Source of the DNA: Escherichia coli
GTDB lineage: Bacteria; Pseudomonadota; Gammaproteobacteria; Enterobacterales; Enterobacteriaceae
Length of the DNA: 64,000 nucleotides
Reading direction: 5' to 3' (one strand)
Assembly (NCBI RefSeq): GCF_048403405.1
Contig: NZ_CP183129.1
The notes beneath the pieces are model-generated. The model had not been told where the DNA came from and searched no databases. It was given only the letters and a program-made list of their open reading frames with translations. Below, one piece after another: positions 11,907 to 22,183 of the stretch (its first letter is position 1; the number at the start of each line of letters is the position of its first letter). Made by a program: the position numbers and the translations under genes.

Positions 11907-12602
11907 ATGTCAAACACGCCAATCGAGCTTAAAGGCAGTAGCTTCACTTTATCTGTGGTTCATCTGCATGAGGCAGAACCTAAGGTTATCCATCAGGCGC
12001 TGGAAGACAAAATCGCTCAGGCCCCCGCATTTTTAAAACATGCCCCCGTTGTACTCAACGTCAGTGCACTGGAAGACCCGGTAAACTGGTCAGCGATGCA
12101 TAAGGCGGTTTCGGCAACCGGTTTGCGGGTTATTGGCGTAAGTGGCTGCAAAGATGCGCAACTTAAAGCCGAAATTGAAAAAATGGGGCTGCCTATCCTG
12201 ACGGAAGGAAAGGAAAAAGCGCCGCGTCCAGCTCCCGCACCGCAGGCTCCAGCGCAAAATACAACGCCGGTCACAAAAACGCGTTTAATAGATACCCCGG
12301 TGCGTTCCGGTCAGCGTATTTATGCTCCACAATGTGATCTGATTGTTACAAGCCACGTTAGCGCTGGGGCCGAATTGATTGCCGATGGGAACATTCATGT
12401 CTATGGCATGATGCGCGGTCGTGCGCTGGCAGGGGCAAGTGGTGACCGGGAAACGCAAATATTTTGTACGAACCTGATGGCGGAATTGGTGTCCATCGCA
12501 GGTGAATACTGGCTGAGTGATCAAATCCCAGCAGAATTTTATGGCAAAGCGGCGCGACTGCAGTTAGTCGAAAACGCTTTGACCGTTCAACCGTTAAATT
12601 GA
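11907..12602 (+). CDS. minC: Septum site-determining protein MinC
   Basis: From [44 protein letters not shown] recognised as MinC (231 aa); ORF in track starts at upstream TTG. Confidence 0.9.
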   Translation: MSNTPIELKGSSFTLSVVHLHEAEPKVIHQALEDKIAQAPAFLKHAPVVLNVSALEDPVNWSAMHKAVSATGLRVIGVSGCKDAQLKAEIEKMGLPILTEGKEKAPRPAPAPQAPAQNTTPVTKTRLIDTPVRSGQRIYAPQCDLIVTSHVSAGAELIADGNIHVYGMMRGRALAGASGDRETQIFCTNLMAELVSIAGEYWLSDQIPAEFYGKAARLQLVENALTVQPLN

Positions 12603-12625
12603 TCCCTTTTTAACAAGGAATTTCT

Positions 12626-13438
12626 ATGGCACGCATTATTGTTGTTACTTCGGGCAAAGGGGGTGTTGGTAAGACAACCTCCAGCGCGGCCATCGCCACT
12701 GGTTTGGCCCAGAAGGGAAAGAAAACTGTCGTGATAGATTTTGATATCGGCCTGCGTAATCTCGACCTGATTATGGGTTGTGAACGTCGGGTCGTTTACG
12801 ATTTCGTCAACGTCATTCAGGGCGATGCAACGCTAAATCAGGCGTTAATTAAAGATAAGCGTACTGAAAATCTCTATATTCTTCCGGCATCGCAAACTCG
12901 CGATAAAGATGCCCTCACCCGTGAAGGGGTCGCCAAAGTTCTTGATGATCTGAAAGCGATGGACTTTGAATTTATTGTTTGCGACTCCCCGGCAGGGATT
13001 GAGACCGGTGCGCTAATGGCACTCTATTTTGCAGACGAAGCCATTATTACCACCAACCCGGAAGTCTCCTCAGTACGCGACTCTGACCGTATTTTAGGCA
13101 TTCTGGCGTCGAAATCACGCCGCGCAGAAAATGGCGAAGAGCCTATTAAAGAGCACCTGCTGTTAACGCGCTATAACCCAGGCCGCGTAAGCAGAGGTGA
13201 CATGCTGAGCATGGAAGATGTGCTGGAGATCCTGCGCATCAAACTCGTCGGCGTGATCCCAGAGGATCAATCAGTATTGCGCGCCTCTAACCAGGGTGAA
13301 CCGGTCATTCTCGACATTAACGCCGATGCGGGTAAAGCCTACGCAGATACCGTAGAACGTCTGTTGGGAGAAGAACGTCCTTTCCGCTTCATTGAAGAAG
13401 AGAAGAAAGGCTTCCTCAAACGCTTGTTCGGAGGATAA
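12626..13438 (+). CDS. minD: Septum site-determining ATPase MinD
   Basis: 270-aa ORF MARIIVVTSGKGGVGKTTSSAAIATGLAQKGKKTVVIDFDIGLRNLD (deviant Walker A). Confidence 0.95.
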   Translation: MARIIVVTSGKGGVGKTTSSAAIATGLAQKGKKTVVIDFDIGLRNLDLIMGCERRVVYDFVNVIQGDATLNQALIKDKRTENLYILPASQTRDKDALTREGVAKVLDDLKAMDFEFIVCDSPAGIETGALMALYFADEAIITTNPEVSSVRDSDRILGILASKSRRAENGEEPIKEHLLLTRYNPGRVSRGDMLSMEDVLEILRIKLVGVIPEDQSVLRASNQGEPVILDINADAGKAYADTVERLLGEERPFRFIEEEKKGFLKRLFGG

Positions 13439-13441
13439 GTT

Positions 13442-13708
13442 ATGGCATTACTCGATTTCTTTCTCTCGCGGAAGAAAAACACGGCCAACATTGCAAAAGA
13501 ACGGCTGCAGATTATTGTTGCTGAACGCCGTCGCAGCGATGCAGAACCGCATTATCTGCCGCAGTTGCGTAAAGATATTCTTGAGGTCATTTGTAAATAC
13601 GTACAAATTGATCCTGAGATGGTAACCGTACAGCTTGAGCAAAAAGATGGCGATATTTCTATTCTTGAGCTGAACGTGACCTTGCCGGAAGCAGAAGAGC
13701 TGAAATAG
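13442..13708 (+). CDS. minE: Cell division topological specificity factor MinE
   Basis: 88-aa [34 protein letters not shown]... Confidence 0.95.
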
Positions 13709-13736
13709 GCCCGCTGTAAAAGCGCATTTCTCTTCA

Positions 13737-13768
13737 AGGCAGAGTCATCTCTGCCTTGCGTTTTTCAT
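13737..13768 (+). terminator. Intrinsic terminator after minCDE
   Basis: aaggcagagtcatctctgcctt hairpin followed by gcgttttt. Confidence 0.6.
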
Positions 13769-14072
13769 CCCCCTCATCCACGTTTGATAAGAGCGGCGAG
13801 TATTCTTGCTGATGCTACTCATTGCTTCCCCCCTTTACACCTTAATGCCGTTCCCCCCACACAGATCAAATTGTTTATACCTGGCTGAGTAAATAACCTT
13901 ATTGTTAGTATGGGTATACTGGGTGATGATAACCCCGCAATTTCATTATTCATTGTTCTCCCATAGGATGAGGTTTCCCGCCGTAACTGGCGGGCTTTTT
14001 TTGCCGCAGAATTTTTCCTTTTAACACCCTGTAAACGAAAACTGCGCCGAAGCGCAGTTTAATCGTTGATGG

Positions 14073-17000
14073 TCAGAACGACCAGTTCGCACCAGCCACC
14101 GCGTTCCACGGGGATTCCACACCGGCACCATGGCTATACCCCACCCCGAGATGCCCGCTTAACGAACTGCTGAATGAGGCTTTAATACCTGCCTGATATA
14201 TTCCACGTCTGCCCGACAAATCATTGACAAAATTACCGTCATTATTCACTTTCACCCGGTTATCATCGACAAATTCTTTGCGCACAGCCGCCTTCAGCCA
14301 CGGCTCAACTTCCATGCCGTTCCCCAGACGCATGTTGTAACTCAGCGTTGCGCCCAGTTCACGATATATACTGCGGGTATCGACTGATTTCGATTCCATG
14401 CCATTGGATAAATGATATTCGGGGTTATCAGCGGTGAACCCCGTTAACGATGCATACGGCGTCAGGTTCCAGTTACCATCGGTAAATCGCATCCCGGTTT
14501 CAATGTGCCCCCCCAGCCCGTTGCTATGATAACTGCCGTTGGCGGCTCCACCGCTGCTCATTTTACCGGCTACGTTACTTTCAAAGCGGTTCAGCTTCAC
14601 GATACCGTCCAGATAGAAACCACTTTCATGTTCCCAGCTGGCATAGCCCCCCAGAGAATAACTGCCCACACTGCCATGTCCTCCACGATCAAAACCGATA
14701 TGTGAATGGGAATAACCCATAAAAGCGCCCAGCGTCGCAATCCCCTCAGGAATATCATTACGACTGTCGATCCCCACTGTCATTCCGGTCAGCGTCTGCT
14801 CAAACCCGGCACCCGCATCGGTGGTGACATTATTACGGGTGTTATACGTCGTCCCCCAGACATTATTGTTGTGTGGACTCGCTTTCATTATGTTCAACCG
14901 CTCGCGAATACTGTTTAGCTCAGCATCAAAGACCAACGGTAATGTTGCTGCCATATTGAGTACGGCAGCCGTAGAAGGCGTGATGCGTTTCTCCGGAACG
15001 GGTGTCGGCGTTGGCTCGGGAGTCGGGTCTGGATTTGGATTTGGATTTGGATTTGGATTTGGATTTGGGTTCGGATTTGGATTTGGATTTGGATTTGGGT
15101 TCGGATTTGGGTTCGGATTTGGGTTCGGGTTCGGGTTCGGATTTGGATTTGGGTTGACATTATTAGTCAGGTTCCAGTTGCTGTTGCCGTCGCTTTTCAG
15201 GACATACTCATAGGTCCCAAGATCAACGAAACCGCCGGTATTGCCCAGCGTAAACGACGCATCCCCTCCCCCTGTTTTCACCAGCGTCATCGCATCGTCA
15301 GACTGAGGGCTGACGCCGGTATCCTGAACAAAGATTTTAAAATTACCAGTGGCGTTGTTGTTGACGATCAGTTGATCGCCCCGGGAGCCTGCAACGTTGG
15401 TATGCAGGTAGAAATTACCGCTGCCGGAAAGTTCACTGGTGGTCAGCGTATTGTAGATATCGTTAGTTGTGGCAGGCGCTGATAAATAAACATCACCGTC
15501 GTTGAGTAGCAAACTGTTTACTCTATATTCGCAGTTGCTGGTGCCTGCACAGGAATTATTGCTGTTAAGCCAGACACTGCCCCGGCTGGCAGCCGTCAGG
15601 TCGGCAAGCGTCGTATCAACGCCATTGCCGATAGTGAATGTCGCGCTATCGGTAATCCGGATCGCCCCTTCGAGTTTAACTGGCGTAACATTATCCCGTG
15701 GCGTCATTAACGACAGGCTTCCTGTCGCGCCACTGACCGATGCATCCGCCAGCGTACCTGCGTAGACGATTGCCGTCCCACCAGAGACCTGTAGATCTTC
15801 TGCCCGGGCCAGAGCCTGAAACTCATCTTTTGACCGCCCAAGGGTATATTGCCCACCAGAGTTAACCTTTGTGGCGGAGTCCTGACCCAGGTTTTGCATT
15901 GCACCACCCTTGTCAACCGTGGAGTCACGGGCTTCGGTACCTGCTAATACCAATAAATTACCGCCATTTTCCAGCAACATATTGGTCGCTAAATTGCTGG
16001 CAATGGAAAAGGTGCCGTACTGGTGCGTACCGCTGATTTCAATACCGTTAGCCGTGCTCGTCTGGAGAGCGGCACCGCTGTTCTGGACGATATCTGTCGC
16101 TTTGCCATTATCGTTGACTGTCAGCGTTCCGCCTTCATTGATCGTTGTTTTTATTGCCTCTCCGTTAGCTGAAACTGTTTGTATTCCGCCGTCGTTAATT
16201 GTTGTCTCATTTGCCACACCCTCGATGATTTGTTCACCGCCAGTGAGCGTCGTGCCTGTCGCAGTGGCTTTTGTTTTGACGATCTCCCGACCGCCCGCAT
16301 TAACCTGTGTTTTGGCGGAAGTGGTGTCTGACTCCACGGTTAACACGCCGCCATTTGTCAGCAGGATATTGTTCGCCGCACCCTGCTCGATGCTGAACGC
16401 GACGCCATCAGCGCGTGTCCCTGTGACCCGCGTCGCCCTGGTGGTTGCAACCAACGCGCCCTGACTACTCTGCTGTATCCCCGTTGCGCTGCCTTTCTCC
16501 CGCACATCGAGTATGCCGCCATTGTTAAGTCTGGTGGTATATGCTACGGCCTCCTCGTGGACAATCAGCTTACCGCCAGCATCAACGATGGTATCTACCG
16601 CCGAGGTTTGAGCTACGACCGTCAGTTGGCCGGTATTTTCCAGCACAACATGCTCAGCCCTGCCTCCGGTAATAGTGAAGTGAGATGACCTCTGGTATCC
16701 ATCAATATCAGTCCCCGCGCCCGTATTGGCAACTAAAGCGCTCCCCGTGTCCAGGTAAACCCCATGTGCGATACCGCCGGTATCGACAATCAGCGTGCCT
16801 CCGGCGCGAATATTGCTGCCAGTTGCCGTACCTCCTTTCTCAACAACCTGCTTGCTCCCGGAAGAGATATTTGTTGTGTCAGCTTTCCCGCCGCTCTTGA
16901 TATTTTGCGTGCCACTGTTGATATTGGTTCCCGTAGCAATACCATGATTATAAATATTCTGTGTACCGCCATTAATTATGGTATTAGTCGCGTTCCCGGC

Positions 17001-17441
17001 AACATCCATGGCCCCGCCGTTATCTATTCGGGTCGCATCAGCTTTAGCATTCGTTAAAACTGACATTGTTCCTTTATCGTTAATTATCGTCCCTGTAGAA
17101 ATTCCTCCCTCACTAATTGTCTGGCTGCCACCGTTAATGACTGTATTATTAGCCTGCCCCTGATAAGAGCCATGACCAGATACCTCTTGATGTCCACCAG
17201 TATCAATAACACTTCCATTAGAAATCCCGCCATATACCTCCTGATTGCCGTGATTGATGATATGAGCATTATTTGTTGTACCTCGTTCATCTACTCTTTG
17301 GCTGCCGTCTACAGTCTCATCATTTACAACGCCAATAACATTAGAAGTGAAGGCCGTCATCCCAGGCGGGGCATATATCATGGCAGCTATCAATAAGGAA
17401 AGTACTGAGCGGTGAAAATAATAGCGACTGATTCTGTTCAT
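14073..17441 (-). CDS. Type Va autotransporter adhesin (intact; positional equivalent of the K-12 ycgI pseudogene)
   Basis: 1165-aa ORF; N-terminal signal peptide (MNRISRYYFHRSVLSLLIAAMIYA), long Gly/Thr/Asn-rich passenger with repeated GG-x-x-I/V motifs, (NP)n linker, C-terminal beta-barrel ending ...GANWSF; start chosen at internal Met with RBS, ORF extends to 17570. Confidence 0.75.
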   Translation of the reverse strand: MNRISRYYFHRSVLSLLIAAMIYAPPGMTAFTSNVIGVVNDETVDGSQRVDERGTTNNAHIINHGNQEVYGGISNGSVIDTGGHQEVSGHGSYQGQANNTVINGGSQTISEGGISTGTIINDKGTMSVLTNAKADATRIDNGGAMDVAGNATNTIINGGTQNIYNHGIATGTNINSGTQNIKSGGKADTTNISSGSKQVVEKGGTATGSNIRAGGTLIVDTGGIAHGVYLDTGSALVANTGAGTDIDGYQRSSHFTITGGRAEHVVLENTGQLTVVAQTSAVDTIVDAGGKLIVHEEAVAYTTRLNNGGILDVREKGSATGIQQSSQGALVATTRATRVTGTRADGVAFSIEQGAANNILLTNGGVLTVESDTTSAKTQVNAGGREIVKTKATATGTTLTGGEQIIEGVANETTINDGGIQTVSANGEAIKTTINEGGTLTVNDNGKATDIVQNSGAALQTSTANGIEISGTHQYGTFSIASNLATNMLLENGGNLLVLAGTEARDSTVDKGGAMQNLGQDSATKVNSGGQYTLGRSKDEFQALARAEDLQVSGGTAIVYAGTLADASVSGATGSLSLMTPRDNVTPVKLEGAIRITDSATFTIGNGVDTTLADLTAASRGSVWLNSNNSCAGTSNCEYRVNSLLLNDGDVYLSAPATTNDIYNTLTTSELSGSGNFYLHTNVAGSRGDQLIVNNNATGNFKIFVQDTGVSPQSDDAMTLVKTGGGDASFTLGNTGGFVDLGTYEYVLKSDGNSNWNLTNNVNPNPNPNPNPNPNPNPNPNPNPNPNPNPNPNPNPNPNPNPNPDPTPEPTPTPVPEKRITPSTAAVLNMAATLPLVFDAELNSIRERLNIMKASPHNNNVWGTTYNTRNNVTTDAGAGFEQTLTGMTVGIDSRNDIPEGIATLGAFMGYSHSHIGFDRGGHGSVGSYSLGGYASWEHESGFYLDGIVKLNRFESNVAGKMSSGGAANGSYHSNGLGGHIETGMRFTDGNWNLTPYASLTGFTADNPEYHLSNGMESKSVDTRSIYRELGATLSYNMRLGNGMEVEPWLKAAVRKEFVDDNRVKVNNDGNFVNDLSGRRGIYQAGIKASFSSSLSGHLGVGYSHGAGVESPWNAVAGANWSF
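15029..15156. repeat. Hexanucleotide tandem repeat (ggattt/gggttc)n encoding an (Asn-Pro)~21 linker inside the autotransporter
   Basis: Direct reading: about 21 consecutive 6-nt units; translated on minus strand as NPNPNP...NPDPTPEPTPTP. Confidence 0.9.
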
Positions 17442-18046
17442 AAATTTCATCCTCTGAAAAATGAATACTGAGTAGCGTCTAAGTAACCTAAGCTCGGCTG
17501 CAACATCAGCCCGCAGGCACCAGACCAGGGGATTCATCCTGAAGAGACAGCGCAGGTGTATTGTGTTCACCGCTCACCAAAGACATCATGATGAAATGAT
17601 GATATCCCGCATAAGAAAGAGGCATTTTTTAAACGCAGTGCGCTGAAGTGTAGTTGGATAAAAAATCACTCTTTTCAGATAATACTGTCGTACGCTTATC
17701 TTTCGACAATGAGGCCGTCGGCAAAATAAAATGACTAATGTAATCGTTGCTGATGAATATCTTCTGCTCACATAAAAATCACACAATAATATTGATAAAT
17801 CAGATTATCTTACCTTTACAACATTGCGTTAACAGTCAATGACACTTCTTGAATAAAAATATTGTCAATCAATGAGTTATTTCTCATTTGAGATTATTCT
17901 CATTCCCGTAAAAAACATAATTCCTATCATCACCGTCACGCTCATTTTGAATTATCTGAATAATAGCGAGCGTTCTTTAGTTAAGCAGATCTTAATTGAA
18001 GACGAAATTATTGTGTGTGCAACTTACTTAATACCGGACATCTAAG

Positions 18047-18391
18047 TTGAAGAAAAAAATACTTGCCTTCGGGCTTATCTCAGCATTGTTCTGCTCCACG
18101 CCAGCGATGGCGGATATGAATCGCACCACGAAAGGTGCATTGCTAGGCGCAGGCGTTGGTTTACTTACTGGCAATGGTGTTAATGGCGTACTGAAAGGTG
18201 CAGCTGTTGGCGCTGGTGTTGGTGCAGTAACAGAAAAAGGCCGCGACGGTAAAAATGCGCGTAAAGGTGCAAAAGTGGGTGCCGCCGTTGGTGCTGTCAC
18301 TGGCGTTCTGACCGGCAATGGCCTCGAAGGGGCGATTAAAGGTGCCGTGATTGGCGGTACGGGTGGTGCAATTCTGGGTAAAATGAAATAA
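18047..18391 (+). CDS. ymgG: Glycine-zipper small protein YmgG (UPF0757)
   Basis: 114-aa ORF, signal peptide plus Gly/Ala/Val-rich repeats (GAxVGAxxG); TTG start as in track. Confidence 0.7.
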
Positions 18392-18394
18392 GGA

Positions 18395-18730
18395 ATGATG
18401 ATGAAAAAATTTGCTTTACTGGCGGGTCTGTTTGTTTTCGCACCAATGACCTGGGCGCAGGACTACAATATTAAAAACGGTTTGCCGTCAGAAACCTATA
18501 TTACTTGCGCAGAAGCCAACGAAATGGCAAAAACTGACAGCGCACAGGTTGCAGAAATTGTTGCGGTAATGGGTAATGCCAGCGTTGCCAGCCGTGATTT
18601 AAAAATTGAGCAATCTCCGGAACTGAGCGCCAAAGTGGTAGAAAAACTGAATCAGGTTTGCGCTAAAGACCCGCAAATGCTGTTGATCACGGCAATTGAT
18701 GACACCATGCGTGCTATCGGCAAAAAATAA
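18395..18730 (+). CDS. ymgD: Periplasmic protein YmgD
   Basis: 111-aa ORF with signal peptide MKKFALLAGLFVFAPMTWA; two-codon gap after ymgG. Confidence 0.7.
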   Translation: MMMKKFALLAGLFVFAPMTWAQDYNIKNGLPSETYITCAEANEMAKTDSAQVAEIVAVMGNASVASRDLKIEQSPELSAKVVEKLNQVCAKDPQMLLITAIDDTMRAIGKK

Positions 18731-18752
18731 TATTTAATATGTTACCGCGTCG

Positions 18753-18777
18753 ATGAATTCGACGCGGTATTTTAGCT
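18753..18777. terminator. Hairpin between convergent ymgD and downstream autotransporter
   Basis: accgcgtcgatgaattcgacgcggt palindrome followed by atttt. Confidence 0.5.
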
Positions 18778-18785
18778 AACGGGGA

Positions 18786-21434
18786 TCAGAACTTATATTT
18801 CAGGCCCACCATCACTGCGGTGTCATTGTAGCCATTATCACCCAGCTGCACGCCCACATTACCCCAGACGCTGGCCGCCGGATTCAGATTGCCATTTACG
18901 CCAAGTTTAATTTCCCCCAGATTACGCGCCCCGTCTTGTTCAACTTTCACACCGTTCATTGAGACAGCAAAATCTTTACTGTTATGGATCCAGTTCATTT
19001 CAACAAAAGGTTCAAAGTCGTCACCGTGCGGACCGCTGTTTTTCTCCTGAGTACGAATAAAGGTACGGAAGCCGAGTCGGGTCTGGATGTTGTTATTTGC
19101 GTCATTCTCAATACGTGAGCCATTGGCTTCCGTGTGCGCATTATGATCGACGCCCATCCAGATAGCCTGTGCCTGTGGCTGGAAGATCCACGTATATTTC
19201 GCCGCTTCCAGACCAAAGGATTTATTCAGGGCAAAACCGTAACCCGCTTCCAGCGAGACGGTTGCACCTTTCGCGCTATAGGATTCATAGGCTAACTCAT
19301 CCCCTTTCACCGAGTTTTTAAACCAGCTATATTGCGCCCAGGCGTCAATGTATGCGCCTTTTTTACTGATGTCATCGGCAAACCAGGTGGCATACAGCCC
19401 TGCGCTATAGCCTCTGACACTCCCTTTCGAACGATAATCCGACACGCTGGAATGAGTTGAGTTGTAGTCGCGGGCATAACCAGCCATCACTCCCAAACGC
19501 CAACTGTCACTGTCGGTAAAACCACCGGTTAACAGATCCGCCCCTAACTGCGAGACGTAGCGATGCGAGGTCGTTCTCAACTGTCCGTTGCTGTCACGCC
19601 AGGCATTATGCCCGCCAATTTGACGTAGCCAAAGTCGGCTTGAACGCTCCTGTTCAGTTACAGGATCGATGTAGCGCGTTTCACCTGCACGATCGTTCAG
19701 ACGCATAACAAAAAGAGTGTTAGCGGCTGCCAGATTGGCGACGTAACTTCCAGCTTCGGGGCGCAGGACGGGGGTAGGCGCAACAGTAGGCGCTGAACTT
19801 CCTCCGGAGTTTGTTTCACCGCCGCTCGTTGCCTGGAAGTTAGTCAGATACCAGTTTTTATTGGTCGCTTCGGTATTACCTCGGGTTAATGAATATTCGT
19901 AGGCACCGGCGAAAATCCTCGAATCCTTAATAAATTCCCCATTTGATTCCCCCTCAACGCTGATAATCTCTATCCCATTTAACGTGTAAGCCCCGCTGCC
20001 CCCAGCATTGGTAACTTTTACTCGGGTTGTTCCGGAGGTATTTCCATTAATAACAACTTTATCAGTAGCTGAATTATCATCACCCAATTCAGTTCTGAGA
20101 TGCAATACGCCATTATTACCAACGTAATTTTCAGTTATTGTTAACCTTGTTGGTTCGAAATCCTTTCCATCTGCCCGGGAAATATAGACCGTACTATTGT
20201 CAACCGTGAGCTTGCTCACCGTTGAGTCAGTTTTAATATCCCAGGTACTATTATCTGAAAGCGACAGATAGGTATGAGTGCTATCATCTGTTGAAAGATT
20301 GGCTGAACCCGTTATTTTTGAATTAGATGCATCGATGGCCAAATGACCTTTAATATTATTAATAAAAACATCTGCAGCCGATGATACCTCACTATCCGTA
20401 ATGGTCACGTTACTCGTCTCATTTTTATTGTAGAGGATTTCATTTGCTGACCGTAGTGAGCTACCAGATAAAATATCTACCGTTGCTTCCTGACCATTTA
20501 TGGAAGACTCCAGCACAATTCCAGCCCCCTGATGCGCGACTGCAGATGTATTTTTCAGCGTCACCTTGCCGCCATTATAAATTTTAGCAATCGCGGCGTC
20601 AGGACCCGTTGTATGAATTTCTCCCTGGTTAAATGAAACAGTCCCCTGGCGAGCAGCGATGGCATGAGCATTGTCCCCATACGTGGTAATATCAACATCG
20701 GTTAATGTAACGCTGGCATTGGTATAATCAAGCTTGCTACCCGCCTTGACGACAGTGCCATTAGCGTAAGCGGCATAACTTTCTGTTCCGAGGGTTGTTA
20801 TCTCCCCTTTTGCCATATCCAGTTTTGCTTTGGCGTTATTTTCATTACTTCCTGTATCGGCAGTACTTTCTTCATCAAGAGAAGATACACACGCACGCGC
20901 GCTTCCGGGAGATGCACAAGCAAGAACGCCGACTGCGTGATTACCCGCAGTAACAATAAAAGTATTACCTTCGTCAGATAAATGGGGGTTAACCGAACCG
21001 TCAGTGTTGACTCTTATTATGGTATCAGTATTCAGGTTTCCATTCGTTTGACTTAGCAAACCAATTGAGTAATCCCCCGTTGTGACAATCGTATTATTAC
21101 CCTGCAAAATAACTGCACCGCCATATTCACTTACGACTGCGCTAGCTGTATATACTGTGCTTAGAGGATTATTGCCAGAAGGATATAAACCACCCGTTGT
21201 TACAATGACGCCTTTGTTAATGGTTAAATTGCTACCCTCTCCTGCAACAGATACCCCGTAACTTCCATTACCCGTTGTTATAACTAGCGCATTATCAATA
21301 TCTTTTACTTCTCCATCTTTTATTGCCACAGCATGTTTATATTCATCGTACTGAATAAACTGTTCAGCATATGCATTACCCACCGCCAGAGCAATAAGTC
21401 CTAAACTAAACCCGGGGAGTTTTTTCAGTTTCAT
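18786..21434 (-). CDS. Type Va autotransporter (intact; positional equivalent of the K-12 ycgH pseudogene)
   Basis: 882-aa ORF; signal peptide MKLKKLPGFSLGLIALAVGNAYA, passenger domain, C-terminal beta-barrel ending ...VGLKYKF. Confidence 0.75.
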   Translation of the reverse strand: MKLKKLPGFSLGLIALAVGNAYAEQFIQYDEYKHAVAIKDGEVKDIDNALVITTGNGSYGVSVAGEGSNLTINKGVIVTTGGLYPSGNNPLSTVYTASAVVSEYGGAVILQGNNTIVTTGDYSIGLLSQTNGNLNTDTIIRVNTDGSVNPHLSDEGNTFIVTAGNHAVGVLACASPGSARACVSSLDEESTADTGSNENNAKAKLDMAKGEITTLGTESYAAYANGTVVKAGSKLDYTNASVTLTDVDITTYGDNAHAIAARQGTVSFNQGEIHTTGPDAAIAKIYNGGKVTLKNTSAVAHQGAGIVLESSINGQEATVDILSGSSLRSANEILYNKNETSNVTITDSEVSSAADVFINNIKGHLAIDASNSKITGSANLSTDDSTHTYLSLSDNSTWDIKTDSTVSKLTVDNSTVYISRADGKDFEPTRLTITENYVGNNGVLHLRTELGDDNSATDKVVINGNTSGTTRVKVTNAGGSGAYTLNGIEIISVEGESNGEFIKDSRIFAGAYEYSLTRGNTEATNKNWYLTNFQATSGGETNSGGSSAPTVAPTPVLRPEAGSYVANLAAANTLFVMRLNDRAGETRYIDPVTEQERSSRLWLRQIGGHNAWRDSNGQLRTTSHRYVSQLGADLLTGGFTDSDSWRLGVMAGYARDYNSTHSSVSDYRSKGSVRGYSAGLYATWFADDISKKGAYIDAWAQYSWFKNSVKGDELAYESYSAKGATVSLEAGYGFALNKSFGLEAAKYTWIFQPQAQAIWMGVDHNAHTEANGSRIENDANNNIQTRLGFRTFIRTQEKNSGPHGDDFEPFVEMNWIHNSKDFAVSMNGVKVEQDGARNLGEIKLGVNGNLNPAASVWGNVGVQLGDNGYNDTAVMVGLKYKF

Positions 21435-21833
21435 AGATTAACCATCCATTCATTGGATTAACAAACATTCCTGGTCAAATAACCTATGAGTTCAGATTAC
21501 CAAAACGGAGGGTAAAGACAAAAACAAAAGCACAAGAAATTTAAATAGATAAACAGCGACAATACATAAATGATAAATAAGTCAGCATTATCATTTTTCA
21601 CCTTATTTTCATGACATTGATCACTTTGGAGTGACGATTTTGTTTAACAAATAACTCTTCGACATCAAAATTATTAATAGTTGCCATGGGAATTATTTCG
21701 ATGATATATAAAAACAACTGTGATAACACCAGGGTTGGCAACTATTTGCGCAATAATACCTTTCCTTCAATGATCCAGGCGTTCACTGCCAGCAACCCAT
21801 TCAGCCGCATACTGACAGTGAGAAACTGAAAGA

Positions 21834-22052
21834 TTAGTGCTGATCCCTGTGGCTGACGAGTCTTTCCCTTAATCGATTAACCAGATTGATCGCCAGCCAA
21901 ACAAGGGCATTAAGCAAATTTATCGTCACAAGCACTTCTCCCAGCCCGGTACTGGGTTTTGCAATAAGGATGACCAGGAGAGTGATCAGCATAAATGCAA
22001 TGGAAAAGATGATATAGAGAGTGAAATAATCCAGATTATTACTATTGTTCAT
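21834..22052 (-). CDS. ymgF: Small inner-membrane protein YmgF
   Basis: From MNNSNNLDYFTLYIIFSIAFMLITLLVILIA... (72 aa, two TM helices); ORF in track extends to 22088. Confidence 0.6.
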   Translation of the reverse strand: MNNSNNLDYFTLYIIFSIAFMLITLLVILIAKPSTGLGEVLVTINLLNALVWLAINLVNRLRERLVSHRDQH

Positions 22053-22183
22053 GCTACTAATGGCAATCCTGTCAAAACTTTCAAACAATTATAGCAAACA
22101 AAATAATGAACAATAGTAACAAGAGGCAACGAGCTAATTAGCTGTCTATAATTACACCGCACTATGGCCTTACTGATCGATTT

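Noticed and set aside
15029-15156. Possible CRISPR array suggested by regular short repeats
   Set aside because: Units are 6 nt, contiguous and without spacers, and lie in-frame inside an autotransporter gene encoding (NP)n; not a CRISPR.
17586-17786. 66-aa minus-strand ORF upstream of the first autotransporter (possible ymgI/ymgJ-like small protein)
   Set aside because: Could not be matched to a protein I recognise; lies in the AT-rich promoter region of the autotransporter and lacks an evident RBS.
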